Assembly: GCA_000320545.1 (NCBI GenBank)
Contig: ADNK01001731.1
Location: forward strand, 1 to 64,000
DNA: 64,000 bases
Origin: Bigelowiella natans CCMP2755
Lineage: Eukaryota > Protista > Cercozoa
Direction of reading: 5' to 3'
This document shows positions 1 to 15,379 of the stretch, one piece after another. The translations under genes were made by a program, and so were the position numbers. Position 1 is the first letter of the stretch; each line of letters opens with the position of its first letter. Under the pieces are notes generated by a model. The model did not search any database, had not been told where the DNA came from, and saw only the letters and a program-made list of their open reading frames with translations.

Positions 1-39
1 ATATATATATATATATATATATATATGTATAATATCATT

Positions 40-448
40 GGTACAAATTGGAATCATACGTCTCTCGATGATCTGACGAAAATGGGCAGCACACACACAC
101 ACGCACTTTGATAAGAATTTTAATGTCTAACACACACACGGACTTTGATAAGAACTTTATTGTCTACACAGTGCCTATCGATCTTTACCACCTAACATCC
201 ACGGAACAGCACACACCCTCACATTAAACGACACATATTCAGCTCAAGACTCAAAACCACCGACCAAAATATATTTATTCAGATCTCGCTCGCTCTCACT
301 TTCCCTCCCCCCCCCCCCCCCACCCCCCGTCCGTGGAGAGGAGGATTCGTAAAACTACCAGGCCTGCGGCATAAAGGCAATAAACAAATTCTTTCAGGTA
401 GTTCTTCAGATCCTGGCTTATACCTAAGGAAGAGGCCGCAGGCAATGT

Positions 449-488
<40 letters not shown>

Positions 489-937
489 TTCATAAAGAAT
501 AAAATACATAAATATTGAATAAAATTATACGCACTCACATTAGTATACTCTTTCGATGTTATTTGTGTGTACGCGTTTAAAAATAAGAGCAGTTCCGACT
601 CCAGCAAAGATGGAGCAAAGAAATAATATGAGCATCCGGAACGACAGCCATGCTATGTGCCCCCAATACACAAATACTGCATCGATGCTCATATACTCCA
701 CTCTCCCTCCCCCCCTCTCTCACCTCGCAGAGTTTGGTCGCGTTTTTCCCAAATTACGACGATGGCGTTGGTGTTTCTTACCTACAAATGCGTGGCGGCT
801 ATACACATCAATAAGGCAGCAGTCAGATGCTCCATCGCTTACATCTTGCCAATATCACGATATGTGGAGAGAAAACGAAAACCAAAAAGCAAATTTGACG
901 ATCGATTGCCATTAGGAATTTTCAGGCGGAGTTCCGA

Positions 938-972
<35 letters not shown>

Positions 973-977
973 CATAT

Positions 978-1008
<31 letters not shown>

Positions 1009-1289
1009 TATATATATATGTATATATGTTATATTATATCTATCTATCTATACACTATTTCTTTTAACGTACAATTTTATTTAGTTATATATCGAACTAT
1101 CATATACAAACAGCTGTTCCCACGATTGCTACAAACGCACCTTTCAGCCTTTGTCTTACTGAAGTTGGAAGGGCTTTTGTTCTCGTCTGCAGAGCCTTTG
1201 ATAGTGCTTCTTCGTTGAATGCCAAGGAGAAATAGGCGATTGGAGAAAGGTAAAGATTTCATTAATTCATGGCTAAAAGTATTAATGTA

Positions 1290-1326
<37 letters not shown>

Positions 1327-1598
1327 CACATAGGACTACCCCCCCCCCCCCACCCCCCCCTTCCTTTTCCTTCCTCTCTCTCTCTCCCTGCCTATTAAGA
1401 GAACATCGTTTTCTCATTCTTTCACTGAAATTATCGGCACTAACCTTTGCACTTCTGGGATCTTTTCAATACCCTGTTATTATAGGAATGTCTTGTTATT
1501 TCGTGATGATCATGCCAAATATTAACAGCTATGAATCGTATTATACACTAACACACACACGCACACAAACACACACATATAATTATACTTTATATGTA

Positions 1599-1629
<31 letters not shown>

Positions 1630-1984
1630 CAACGTTATCATACACCCCCAACATCAAAGTAGATCGAATGATTGAAGCATGAAACCAATGGAGAGAGAGA
1701 GAGAGAGAGAGAGAGGGAGAAAAGATAGCATTTTCATACTAGCAAAACAAACTCAAATAGACTCGATGCTGGCAACTGATTTGCATTCAAAACATGTATT
1801 ATCTACACACATAACATGTGTGCATATACATTTGCTCTTACATGCGGCTTGACAGTTTGAGGCATTCCAAGTACAACGACAATGGCGTAGTCGTAGGTGT
1901 CATCGTTGTAGTCGCGGGAGTCACGAATGCGGTCATCTTTCCTCGAAACGATTCCTTCTGTACGCTGGAAAAATGTGTCATCAT

Positions 1985-2040
<56 letters not shown>

Positions 2041-2401
2041 GGCAGGGCCGTGACGAAGTACAATCGAGAGGCACCTTATACGCTTCGCTGTTTACGAAGT
2101 CTTCAAACTTCTTATCCATAGATGACTCTGAGGTGATGGCAATAGCACGGCCCTCCTAACAATGCACGGCACACGCGCACACGCAAACAGCGAAAATGAT
2201 GATGAGGATTTTGGGCTACTCGTAAATCGTATGAAATAATAACGGAATGGAAGTCGTCGCCGCTATAAGGAATAATACCTGAATCGTATGCGTGGCAGCC
2301 CCGCGTCTCCTAGATGCGTTATTGTTCTTCTCGAAATCAAACGCAATAGCTTCCACGTCTGAGTGGGACAAAGTATCGTGACCAGCTTATGTCTCCATAG
2401 T

Positions 2402-2443
<42 letters not shown>

Positions 2444-2506
2444 CAGCAACTAATGCATCATTATGTATGTTGTGTGTGTGTGTGTGTGTGTAGAACGACA
2501 TAGTGA

Positions 2507-2555
<49 letters not shown>

Positions 2556-2977
2556 GGGGGGGCACGCACGCACTCGCTGGTGGGGGTGGGCGCAGGCGGG
2601 AGGGCGCGTGCGAGCGCGCGCGCGAGAGCGCGAGGCTGCACCTGAAGTAGTAGAACAGAAGCTTCTTGTAGGAGGAGAGCGAAGATGTGCTATGATGATA
2701 GAAAGAGCAGTTTTAATACCACACACACAGAGAGACACACGCGCGCACACGTACACGCAAGCATACCAAAATTATGGTAGATTTAGATTACCATTTCGCA
2801 TCTGGCTAAAGGGGGAACGGCTGACGTTTGCTCGCGAAGGAGAAAATGCGTTATTTGATGGTCTAGCTGCAGCATTTTGTGCAGATATGCTGCTGCGGTC
2901 GCTATATTGCGAGCTCCGTCGTTCCAAGAGTCGTTGCACGCGAGACGGCAGCACCTAGGCCACGGGTATACAACAAT

Positions 2978-3016
<39 letters not shown>

Positions 3017-3412
3017 TCCGGAGTGAGACAATTTCCCATGGCTGTCCAATGGTTTAATATGAAATGTTTAAGTTTCATGTGTCCGTGTGTTGTTTGTGTT
3101 GTTTGTGTGTTTGCGTCAGAGAAAACATCAACTCGAATAGCAGGATGAGTTTCTTCTTACTTCCGACATGAGAAACGACTCGTTCCGTCGGTGCTCATAA
3201 TCATAATCTACTCCACGAAAATTATCCCTAAGCGTGCAGAATAGAAGTGCGAGAGAAGGATTGGGTAAGTTTACCATAGCTAACGAGGGAGGCCATGAGA
3301 GGTGAGAGGTGGCTATGTTCAGTGGGGATGGTAACGTACCCAGAATCGTCGCTGGTGCGCCTTCGCATTGACATATTCGAGAACATCATTGGCTGAGCAA
3401 AAAGTACATATA

Positions 3413-3455
<43 letters not shown>

Positions 3456-3900
3456 GTAAGTAAGTAAGTAAGTAACATGCATGGATGTTGGATTAACTGT
3501 CACGGCGCGCACAATGCCACTAGGAGTGAAGAACAAAGGTTTAGGTGTCATTTTGTGAAATACAAGTGTAAAAAATTACAGTTGTAGTGACGATGGACGG
3601 TCTTGAGAGACTCCCACTGATAGAGCTGCGAGTTCCATCCTTGCTATCTTCTGATGATCATTAAAGGATCATTACATACATTTTGTTGAAAAAGGAACGC
3701 ATCTTTGTACCTTGCCCTTCAGATCCAATGGAGCTTCTGCCTTCGATTCTACTTCGCATGATCACACAGTCTGGATGGGCTGGTCTCAGTTGTGTTCCTT
3801 CCTCCCTCGGGTTGTTGGAGACTTGGGGTGGGGCCCAAGCGGTGCCTTCTGCTGCCTGGATCGAGGACAAAATTCAGTCTTAAGATTGAATTTGTAACAA
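40..3900 (-). CDS. Multi-exon hypothetical protein, probably continuing past the window start; family not recognised
   Basis: Minus-strand AG...GT-bounded open segments separated by microsatellite introns, e.g. ANDVLEYVNAKAHQRRFW (~3340-3392), DNFRGVDYDYEHRRNESFLMSE (~3161-3227), CCRLACNDSWNDGARNIATAAAYLHKMLQLDHQ (~2791-2955), EGRAIAITSESSMDKKFEDFVNSEAYK (~2075-2155), ISQDLKNYLKEFVYCLYAAGL (~359-423). Start codon and some exon phases uncertain. Confidence 0.45.
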
Positions 3901-4730
3901 ATTAAGTACAACGAAATTCATGTTGTGACTTGAAGCAGTGGGTGTCGCTTTATATTTGTCTAGGCTTATCAGCGGGATGAAATGATCCTTCCAACTTGAA
4001 AATAAATCTATTTTTTTCCCACATCAATTTGTAGTTGTCGTTCATTTATTTTGCAGACATTTCTTCCCTGCTTTTCTTTAATACCGGTATTTCACTGGTG
4101 TTCCACTGCTCCTTCGAAGACTAGCCGTTTAGGCACGTGTAATTGAAAACATTGCTTTAACAGGTAGTTTATACTACTGCGACATCTAAATATTTCAGTT
4201 TTTTTAAAATTCGGGACGCACAAGCGGCTTGCTGCACAGCTTCATGGTCATTTTGTTCTGTTGATTGTTGTTTGTGTGGCCTCGAGAAAAGGGAAAAAAG
4301 GAATCTGTGTTAACACTTTAGACCAAAATTATAGACCATAAAACCCATAATAAAATTGATAGGCTATCTGCTTCAGACAAGAATATCAAGTCTCTGCTTA
4401 AAATTTCTCGGCGGCTTCTCTCCGCCATACATCTAAATAATTTGGTTATTCTGGTGGGTGCGGCACATGTAAAGAGATAGTCCAAAATTCGGTAATCCTA
4501 GGTAATCCTGTAATCCTCACTTTGAGCAAGGGTGAGCGCGCTCACGAGCGTTGGGCAGATCAGGAAAGTTGAATAATCAGATAAATCGTCTACGTTTTAT
4601 ATACGCGACATCGATTATGTAACGACATTTGGGATGAAATAAATCATGTGGATGAAGGAGCACCCCGACCGGCTGCCCATAAATATGTGCAGTGTTAGAT
4701 AAAAGCCTGGACAACCGGGAGGGGCGGGCA

Positions 4731-5785
4731 ATGGCTTCTTCACACGCTGCTAGCCCGATAGGGATAGATACGGCCACTCTGAGGGAAAGGACCAGGTTAA
4801 AATCTTCTATTCTTCTCGAAGCATTACTAGCTATGTAACCAACATTCTTCCCCTTCCATTATTGTTCTCTACAGCATCAACAGGGCCGGCATGTTCAACC
4901 AGTTGATAGATGAGGTGAATTTATGTGAAGAATGATATCGATATTGTCCCTGTTAGTATCCATCTGACATCCGAACTCAACACCGAAACGCTTAAGTTAT
5001 GTGTGTGTACATCGGCCGTGTAGTTTAAGCAATGTGCACTTGGATTAATTAGCTAGTATCGTATCTTTCAGTTGCTGTTAAATTGATGTTTGTAGTCATC
5101 AAATGTTGACCTTAAAGAAACGACGGTGTCAATGATTCTAATCATCAAATGTTGGCTTTAAAGGATGACGTTCTCAAGACACGTCGGCTTATGGGAGAGA
5201 CGGAGGCGAATGAAGTTGACGATGCTTTGCGCAATATGTTCGCCTCTGAAAAAAAGTGGGGTGACGTAGTCTCACATTACTTCACAAGAAAGCTTGTCGC
5301 TGAGAGGTATTACTTTGAATCAATTTTGCTACGCCAAGGAGGAGAGGTGCCGGGGGTTAAATTGAGAAGTATAGTAAAGGGGGGGGGCAGCAAACTGGCA
5401 TCACACCTCTTACCTGGTTTTATTTACTTTTAGAGCCAAAAAGCTAATGGATCTGCCAAAAAAATCCTTGGTAATACTCACCTATTTAGATCAATAACCT
5501 TAAGCGAGGCAAGCGCCATTTACTTCGATTCTATTTCCTGTTACGACGCCGCCATATCCGTATTTCCTAACGTTATATCTATTGGATTATCTTACGCTTC
5601 AAGCTCGAAACTCTAGATATTATCCCACAGCATAATACAAGCGAATACCAGCGAAAAAAAATTATCAAATAGTTTCATTGTGCATCCACGAGATACTGTC
5701 TTCAAAAAAACATTGTATCGTGCTCTATTGATCCTTCAACACGAACCCATTATCAATTCCTCTGGGCCTTACAAATGTCAATCAA

Positions 5786-5861
<76 letters not shown>

Positions 5862-6277
5862 GTGTTTATGTGTTTGTATGTGCGCGCGCGTGTTTTTTTA
5901 TTCAAAATGGACGCATTTAGCCTCCGGAGCCGTTCTACAAATGCTCCCGACCCTTCAGCATGCAGGCCAGCATACGAAGACAAGACCGCAAACGGCAGAA
6001 GTTGGAGGGAGAATGGACATGTGTATATCAAGGGATCTCTCCTCCAGACGCATACGATATGTTTGAGAACGCGGTACCGCAACTCTACTACTACTAAACA
6101 ATATTGAACAATATATAGTAGTAGGGGGGGGGGAGCGACTTTGAAGATGCTGCAAACAACATCGGCATGGCTATGTGGGTTGATTAGATCATGATGGGAG
6201 CAGCCAGCGAATGACTATGAGCCGCCTTTGATATGGGGGGGGGGTTGCAATGTTAACTGTGATAATAAACATAATAC

Positions 6278-6316
<39 letters not shown>

Positions 6317-6317
6317 G

Positions 6318-6352
<35 letters not shown>

Positions 6353-7318
6353 TGAAATGTCGTTCGTATATTCACTTACACTCGAGGGAGTTTACGCCGC
6401 CTCTGAGTATTGTAGAAAGTCGTGTTTTACGTTCATTGTATGCTGTGTGTTCGTCAGGAGTCTGGCGATACCGTGTATAGGCCGGAGTAAGTTTTTACTA
6501 ATAATATATGAAATGCAATGCTCACTAAAGTCTTGCTCGAAATATTTCATATTCAATGTCACAGATTAATTAGTGCGTATGCGAAATTGATCGTTATTCT
6601 TTATTCTTTTGCTTCCCTCCAAACCACAGAAAGCTTGATGATACGACACTAGTCTTCGAGGCACGTTTTGAGTCAGGTTATTATTAAGTTTTGAAAGCTC
6701 AGCGTAATAGCATAGTAGGCCATTCCACATCGCCCTTTTTGCCAAATATAATGTGCAAATGCGGTGGAATACTCATCACGCCGTGCAATTGCCAGGAAAT
6801 CTGTGGTCAGCAACGAAGGTGGGGGCCTTTGAGTACGATTTGTGTGCAAGACCAGACTGGTAGTCAAAACCCAAAAAAAAAGCAAAACCAAAGCCAAAAA
6901 CATCTCTGCTGCTCGATGAAACGGCCAGCTCTGATGCTCGACTGTGGACCTTGCTCTGGTTGTGCGCTGCGATCCTACCAACTTCTTAGGAACACGTCAT
7001 CTTACACGCAATGGTATTTCTTCGCCGTCGGAAATACACGGGCTGGCGAGGTTTGCAGTAGTATAAAAAGGATAATGAAGGGGGGGGGCGCGTCGTTCGG
7101 ATGGGATGCAGTCAGAAGTCAAATTCCTCAGAAATCTCGATTTCTACGTGTGGAAATGATATGCCTTGCTTTGTGCAAGTTGTTTCTATATAGTATAATA
7201 CGTGAGTTATCTGACAGTAAATCCGCATGGGTTGTATATCCAACGTTTCTTTCCATATCATCGATTCGTAACAGTGTGGGTAAATTGTTATTTTTGTATC
7301 TTGTGGGTATGTGTACGC

Positions 7319-7361
<43 letters not shown>

Positions 7362-7367
7362 TCTCTC

Positions 7368-7406
<39 letters not shown>

Positions 7407-7871
7407 TGGTTTCATTTCAGACGTACAAGTTCAATTTTGTAAATATGCTCAAAGACGACAGTTTATATAACTACGGTAGGTAGTATCACCAGCCGTGAAT
7501 TCCTTGCTTTTCTTTCATTTTCCTAGCGCTAATTCTCCCATTTTCACGGATCCCGTTGGAGTTTTTGCCTCTCTCTAAAATAGAGTTGTAGCGGGAATTC
7601 AATGGAAACGACGATGAACTAGATTCTTTGAAACTTCTGAGCACTTTTCTTGCTGAACTCGAAACAAAGCACTAGCGCGACAATAACAGAGAGATGCTGA
7701 TATATTCCATTGGCTGGGTTCTTAGGAATGATGCCTCTGGCCTACTCGGTATTGTTGAACGATGCTGAAGGAAAAGGCTGGTATAGGTAAGAGGACCGCT
7801 TCCTGTATTCTAACAATCCATAGTGCTATACATGGTACAGCATTCTCTACCCACTCATTCCTTCGATCCTT

Positions 7872-7918
<47 letters not shown>

Positions 7919-8486
7919 ATTTTCTTTCTCTCCCCTTCTCCTCTCCCCCCCCCCACATTTCGATTCTTTAGAACTGGGCGTGATATATGCTACTATCGCA
8001 ATCGGAGGGACTATACGTTTACTTTCACCTTCAATGCAGCATACGACATGGTAGTTGAAACCGCAGCAGATAGAGAAGCAATAGAACCGTAGCAAATGAG
8101 CATTTCCTGACTACATAAGAGTTCCGTCTTCTCTTTTTCTAAGCACGTATTGTTCCCCTCTCCCGACTTTCTTTTACACGAAGGATATGATGTTCTTCGC
8201 ATACTGCTATCCGTACACGTTCTCACAGTGCAAGGTCAAAACCATATAGGGAGAGTTGGGGAAGGGGGGGAGAGGGGGGGCGAAGTCGGTCGTCACCACT
8301 ACTCGGTTTAAAAGAAGGTTGTGGTAGTAACAATAAATAGCATGTATTAGAACATGCGAGAAATGTAAGTTCTGACAGCATTTCCTCTCATATTTCAATC
8401 CTCTAGATCGATCTCAAGGAGGCGGAATTATCAGCGAATGGCCAGAAATACATGGTTCTTGTCGCGCATGCAGCAGCAGCATATGC

Positions 8487-8525
<39 letters not shown>

Positions 8526-9840
8526 GTGTGTGTATAATATTTTTTAGTAATTTATGTACATATGCATATATAAGAATAAACACACTAATGCGAGGCAAAA
8601 CTGCCTGATATGATACTGCCAAGTGCTTTCACAAGAAACGCAAAAGCCGAAGAATAATGTATCGCATATACCATTTGAAAGGTGAGGAAAAAGCTTTGCA
8701 GGAGTCTTCAAGGTAGGCGACTGTATGCGTACGCCTAATGAATTCGTTCATATATGTTCCGTAGGCAAGCACTGAGCATTGATTGTGTAAATGTGTGCTT
8801 CAGGGAGGAAAGTAGATTTGCTGGAAATCACCGATGATCCTAGGGATACGGCTGCGAACGTAAAAAGAAAACGCAATTTTTTAAAACACGCGCATATTCA
8901 TAATGATAAAGTGATTGTGTGAGCCAAAGTGCGTGTGTGGATGTGTGAGAAGCTCTATTTCATGGAAGTACTGCATTCATACGATTGATACTTATTTCAA
9001 TTACTGAATGGATTAACTTTCTCTCTGCGTGAGCATAAGAATTGATGCCGTGTTGCGAATAGGCGAAGAAACGAATCGTGCTTTTATCAGGTAAAGCGTC
9101 CACTCCATCCCCCCCCCCCCCCCCCTTCCCCTGATGTAGAGATCGGGGGGGGAAGGAAAATAGAAGAGTGAATTATACCATGGTGGTCAACTATCATCAA
9201 ATCTTGCTCACACAACCATGTCTTTTGCAGCTCGGTGCCATCCTGGGGAGAGCAATTCGTCGTGGATGTTCAAAGGAGCGCTCAATTTCCTCCTCAGCGA
9301 CGATAAGGAAGCAGTTGAGCTGAGAAGGTCCTGCAGCTGCAGTTTTTCCCGGCCAAAATGGCGCAGATGGCGACCGTAGCAATAGCGATGAATTCGGATT
9401 AACTTAGAGATTGGAAAATGTGCTGAAGAGACTCTCACTCCCACGATGCTTGTCATCTCGCATCTTATATCGTCGTTTTTGACGCTTTTGATATTGCCGT
9501 GATCATTGCAGGCAGTTTATATTTTTGTGCGTTCCAATGCTCAACCCAGACGGGGTCTTTCTAGGTACTTATTCGCGGCGCAGCAGCATCCAGCGTACAT
9601 GTATGCTTGAGTGTGCGTGTGTGCGTGTGTGTGCGTGTGTGTGTGTTTACATTCATTACTTGTCCTCAATAAAAGGAAACTACCGATGCTCATTTTCTGG
9701 AAAAGACCTGAATCGACAATGGTTTAAATCAGCATTATATATCTATAGCGCATATATATATATATATATATATATTTATTTATCTCCAAATTGAAGTATA
9801 TCACGAAAAATGTGCAAATAAGCAAATCATTGCTGTTGCA

Positions 9841-9876
<36 letters not shown>

Positions 9877-10172
9877 GGCGAGCTCCTAGCAAATCCCGTT
9901 GTCCAGTTGTCCATGCTCTTAAATGGCTTGTCCTACGGCACCAAGAGGTTCATCATGACCAAAATTCTTGACTTATGTTTCATTGACAGCCTGTGGCATA
10001 CACCTTCATGCACATAGTATAACCCTTGTCGCATATATTTTCGCATAAAAACTATTACAGAAAGTCAAAAACCGCGTCTTTATCGGCACTGATTTACACG
10101 GGCACAGCAAGAAAATGAATGTCTTTATGTACGGTATGTAGATCTTCAAACATTATCACAAAATAGTATATA

Positions 10173-10209
<37 letters not shown>

Positions 10210-10356
10210 TGTGAAATTTCAACTGCTTAATATTGTTCTTTCAGGGTGCAGAAATGAGCGAGGTGTTGGCTCGAGGAAACACGCGACAAATGAGCTTCTT
10301 TTTCCCTACCTTCTTTCTAAGTGAGCAGAGGATGTTATTAGCACTGTTTATCTTCG

Positions 10357-10398
<42 letters not shown>

Positions 10399-11493
10399 GG
10401 CGACTGTGTGTGTGTGTGTATGTGTATGTGTGTGTGTGCGCGCGCTTTTGTATTCGTTTGTATAGTTACATAGGCATAGCGCCGTTATTGCTCATTCTTG
10501 CTCATCGCACTCAAATTGCTTTGTAAGATATGTGATTGCCGGGGTATCTTTTCTTGTGTGCTACCACGTAGGAGAAACGACATGTTCTCGTTCGCACGGT
10601 GCAGGTTTGCGGTGTCCAAATCCAAGAACTCCACGTATCGTGTAGTGCTCTGGAGAGAGGTGGGTGCTAAATTATTCTGCGCGTTGCGCATTACACATCT
10701 AGTGCATGCATGTGATAGTGCCAACTGGGACGATGCAATGCTCCGTTGTTTTTCGTTAAGAAGAACGCTTGGACGTCACCAAGAAGATCTAAGTTGCTCC
10801 CCTCGCTTTTGTAGGCAGGAATACAGTGCACGTACACAATGGAAGCTTCTTTTGGGGGGTAGGAATATAGCGATAAATAGAGTAAAATGTAAATAACTTT
10901 CAACACAAAGGAGAACTACAACAATCGTTCCCAAGACACATATTACTTTTTCTTCATGATGCTGTTGTATGCATCGTTATCACTCTGCAAGTTTTCCGGA
11001 CGCGTTTATGTCTAAACCAGAGCGCTGTGTGCGTGTTTTTATTTTTCGGATCCGTACAAATAAAGCGCATACGACGGGAAGAAGGGGGGCAATCATTTCA
11101 GCCAGCGCGACCTCATGATGCTAGGAGAAGACTGGTGCCGGTAGGCTAAACACGCATTCATGATCAGAGAGATAGAGCGTGTGAGTATTGAGGATCAATG
11201 CCGTGCGCTTTTTGTTTTCCAACTCGAGAATAGATACCCGTAAGTTCAGTATAGTGCAATTGCGCTTGGGAACAAAGAGCCGTGCGGTGGTGAAACATGA
11301 GAGATCGTGGTTTACTAGTACTATTATATATGATATTTACATAATCTTCCCGTAATTGAGTCCGTATCTATAATGTTTCATGTTGAAATGCAGAACGGTT
11401 CTGGACCACTCGAGATGTGCGAAGAACGATTCTGTGCATAGCAGCCTGCATTCGTTTTTAGATGACAACCCAGGTTGCAATCCGATATTTATG

Positions 11494-11543
<50 letters not shown>

Positions 11544-11692
11544 CAAATAGTGTAGAGATCGTCATTCGCCGCCTAAAAACTGTGGCGGTTTCTAGTCGTT
11601 AGCCTTTTAGTTTTGTGGCGATAAGACCATTATTAAATGCTGGGAGGTGCTCTCTGAAATAATCCAGTTCTAATATGCATACAATATACTGG

Positions 11693-11743
<51 letters not shown>

Positions 11744-11867
11744 GTATGTGTGTGTGCGTGTGTGTGTGTGTGTGTTTGTGTGTGTAATAGATGTGCAGGA
11801 TGGGGAGGAGGAAGATTCGTTTGACGAAAGCACAGTAATGAATTTCTTCATGTGCAGTGGCACTCAT

Positions 11868-11942
<75 letters not shown>

Positions 11943-13406
11943 TGCACAATGCACACACGCATAAACGCATAAGCACATGGAGATTATCTTGGAACAAATA
12001 CGCACTTGATGGCGTCACATTCAGGTCAGTGAGGAACCTCCAAAACCTACGATGCTGGTTGATCTAGACACAGGTTGTTCTTTGCAAAATCCCATAGTTT
12101 GGTGAAATCTAAACAGTTTTCTTCCCTCTATACAATGGCCGAATGATACCTCGAAGAAAACACGCGTGTAGTTTGCGTGTTTGCTCGTATGCGAACATGT
12201 AAGTTTGCTTCGTTGTAACCTTTCGTGCGTGCGGATCATCATCAACAGAAAAACGACGGAATGCCCTGGAGAGTGCTATAGAAACCAAGGCCAAAAAAGC
12301 AAAAGCTACTCAAAAAATTAAAAAAACAATTAGGTCGCGCAATAACACAGTACATGCAATGTAATCCAAGCAGAAATTCAAAATTGTCCTTAACAGGGAA
12401 CACAAGCAAACCGTATATTGAAGATAATTCCACATTTGGAAGTGATTATGATTCTAATCATCAGTGGGACTGACGATAGCGACCCTTCTCCGAGGAAAAA
12501 GAGCAAGAAACGAAGCGCAAAGATAACCAAAAAGAATAGCACAAATGCACCCTTTAGAATAGAAAAGGTGACGTGTAAGATAGGGTGCGATATTCATCCT
12601 CGATATTACAATTTTATGAACGACGTAGTACAGTTTTCAATGATCCAAACTTTCCGACACAATATCAATGATTTTCCTTACAGTGATACTGCACCCTCGT
12701 TCATCACGAATCGATAATAAGTGATATGACTCTTGTTGTATACATTCTTCAGTCGCATCGTCAGATAACCAACTTCGTTCCTACAAAGTTTGAGACCGCC
12801 AAAAGGGCGCGGAAATTCAATAAATCAAGGGTGTGTTTCCGCATTTCATCTGCTTTACATGAATACTCCGCTGCGCCACTCACTTTACTTAGACTGGCTT
12901 CAAGTCTTATGACAGTCCTTTGCTGTCGTTGTGTGCGTCTGTGTATGTAATTGTAATGTGTCGGTTGGGCATTTGCCAGAGGGAGCTGCAACGCTATCCA
13001 CGTAGCTCCGCTGCATTGACACCGCCAGTGCGAAAGACAATAGTAAGGAGATCCAAAAATCCGGGTGAGTGGACGCATTTGATAAAACTCAACCGTTTTG
13101 CTGCTAGTATTTAAGGTGTGTATTCCTTCGCCGCTGATTTGCTCGCTTGGTTTCTGTCAGTGCGCTCTCCCAGTTGGGACAAGCTGAGCATACCTCAGGC
13201 CCCAAGCGATGACATCATTTCGGAGGATATTAGTAATCTGACGCTGTCCAAGATGGTATTATCATGGCTAACTTTGTAATGATGAGTTGTCATAATAATC
13301 CGCCCTTTCCCCTTCTCCTCTCTGCCCCCCATCAACCCCCATGTAAAAATGTAACCATTAAAGCAGAAGGTTTATGTGATTACATGCGCGCACAAGCACA
13401 CACGCG

Positions 13407-13448
<42 letters not shown>

Positions 13449-15224
13449 TGAGAGAATATATATTAATTAAAAATCAAATAACTGTTCTCTAAAAGAAGGT
13501 ATTCTTTGCTCACCCGGTTATGTTTTTCCTGTGCGCAGACAACGTTGCGCTTCAACGCTGTCTCTCCGAAATCCCCTTCTCAACCCATGGTGCTGCTGTT
13601 CCATAAACATGAAATCTGAAATGTGCTGTTCTCATCTGCCATACACACAAGTATGAGCGTAGATGATTGAGCAAAATGCCAAAATGAGCGAAACCCTAAG
13701 ATGCCTTTGACTTTGTTCTTAGCAAAGGAGTAGGGGGCCGAAAATGAATACATTCTCCGAGATCACAGCGCTGAATCAGTCAACGAAGGTAGGAGGGCAA
13801 GAAACAGAGGCAGGGCGAGAGAGAGAGAGAGATGAATCTCGCTTATCCATTTTGGTATCTCCTATTCGAGACATAACCCAGACCTCTATGATTCCTCTTG
13901 CTAGGCAAAAATGGAGGCCGTCAATTTAGGTGCAGCCTCACCGGATAATTTCCGCCGGGTTCCAGCCATCAAAAAGACTGCACGATCCTGCATCCCGCAC
14001 TTTGACGTCGGTCCTAATGCCTCTCGGAGTTCCAGCCCTACGCGGCGCTCCGCCGCAAATCATGCAGGTTTTTGTGTTAATTTCCAAGTCGTGCGCACAA
14101 CAGACACAGAACAGAGAGAGGGAGCTCTTAGTGAATCTACGTCTAGGAGTGGATGAATATATTTCAATTTGACGTCATTGATCATGTTTTTCTTCACACT
14201 CTATGCAATTGCAACGCAGTAAAGGTGTACGATCTATGTACACTTCACACGCGTGTGTTTACGCGCGTTTCCTGTGTGTAGTTCCTTTTGACCACCCGCT
14301 CGCGAGGACAATTTGATCCTAACAACATCTTTGATTTTCCTCCGCCTGGTATCAGCAGCAGGATCGAAACGGCCCTCCTCGCGCTCGTCACGAGCTCCAA
14401 GAATGCCAAGACTTGCGAAGTTTCATCGTCCGCGTCGCCCTTCCAGCAGCCGGCCCTCAACGGCAGCAGCTAGTACTGACTCGAATAGAGCCATTCTTTC
14501 ATCACGCCAAAGGATACGGACTTCACGTTCATCCCGCCAATCAGCATGCCCCCCCCCGTCCCCACTCTCTCCACAGCAACAACATCAGCCGAACACCTTG
14601 TCACCGCTCAATAGCGCCGCAGAGGCTGCTGGCTCTAGAAGCCCCGTATCTAGTGGCAGGAAGTACGGCAGCAAGTTTCAGCCTCTCAACCAATTCCAAC
14701 CACAAGGCACCAGAGTCTTACTTAGAGAGCCTCGCAAGACCTTTGTGCGTGACCGGTAACACGTGCGTAACGAGCATGGATATCATCGTTCTGCTTGGTT
14801 TTATGTGTTTTCTTGGGGGGGTGGGGAGGGGTGCTGTAGTGTGCGCTAGGTTTGCAATCTCGCTTTTTTGAGAGAGTTAAGGAAATTCTGCAGGATGACT
14901 CCGCGTCGTTAATCCGTCGCGTACCTCCTTATCTGATTCTACACTCCTCACAGGATGGAGGCTAAGCGAGACTACGATACGACTCTGGCAGCGTTAGAAG
15001 GCTCTGGTGAAGCCATGCCCCCCCTGCCTTTGCCGTCCGGCGACGCCAAAGATGGCAATAGCGAAGGGCATTTTCCTAAAGATAATTTCTCGAAGACAGC
15101 GCCCCCTCTCCTACGCTCGAGCAGTAGTGCACTTCTAACCAAAATTCGCAAGTCTACAACAGGCCGGACAACTAGTTTCTTGAATCAACTCCGCAAAGCG
15201 CTGGCCGGCAACAATCCGCCATGA
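4731..15224 (+). CDS. Cytosolic carboxypeptidase (peptidase M14D, CCP/AGBL/Nna1 family, tubulin deglutamylase) with a long basic low-complexity C-terminal tail; many exons
   Basis: Spliced exons give the family motifs in order: LVFEARFESGNL (6630-6676, then from ~6796), YTQWYFFAV (~7003), YKFNFVNMLKDDSLYNYGMMPLAYS, GRDICYYRN, FFAYCYPYT (~8193), Zn-binding ARCHPGESNSSW (from 9231), [27 protein letters not shown] (9511-9721), DLHGHS (10091), FSFARCRF, and catalytic YTMEASF (~10833). Last exon 14954-15224 ends in TGA. Start codon is approximate. Confidence 0.9.
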
Positions 15225-15379
15225 ATAGACTGAGAGGAAGTGTTCTTTTTGAACGTACATAGTCTAGGCTCGCACCTACTTTTATCCGAAGTGTACTGCG
15301 GAGCAGTTCTCCGTTACATCCAGATTAGCCTCACGAGTTCTTGTACACTATTCAATGTAAATAAGAGTTAATTAAATAT

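Noticed and set aside
6691-7470. 259-aa Cys-rich ORF as a pre-SET or zinc-finger protein
   Set aside because: It is read-through of CCP introns and exons. The real exons (NLWSATKVGAFEYDL, NTSSYTQWYFFAV, TYKFNFVNMLK) splice into the carboxypeptidase.
279-13470. Numerous ORF-track entries with YIYI, THTH, ERER, CVCV or LSLS runs
   Set aside because: These are translations of intronic dinucleotide microsatellites, not proteins.
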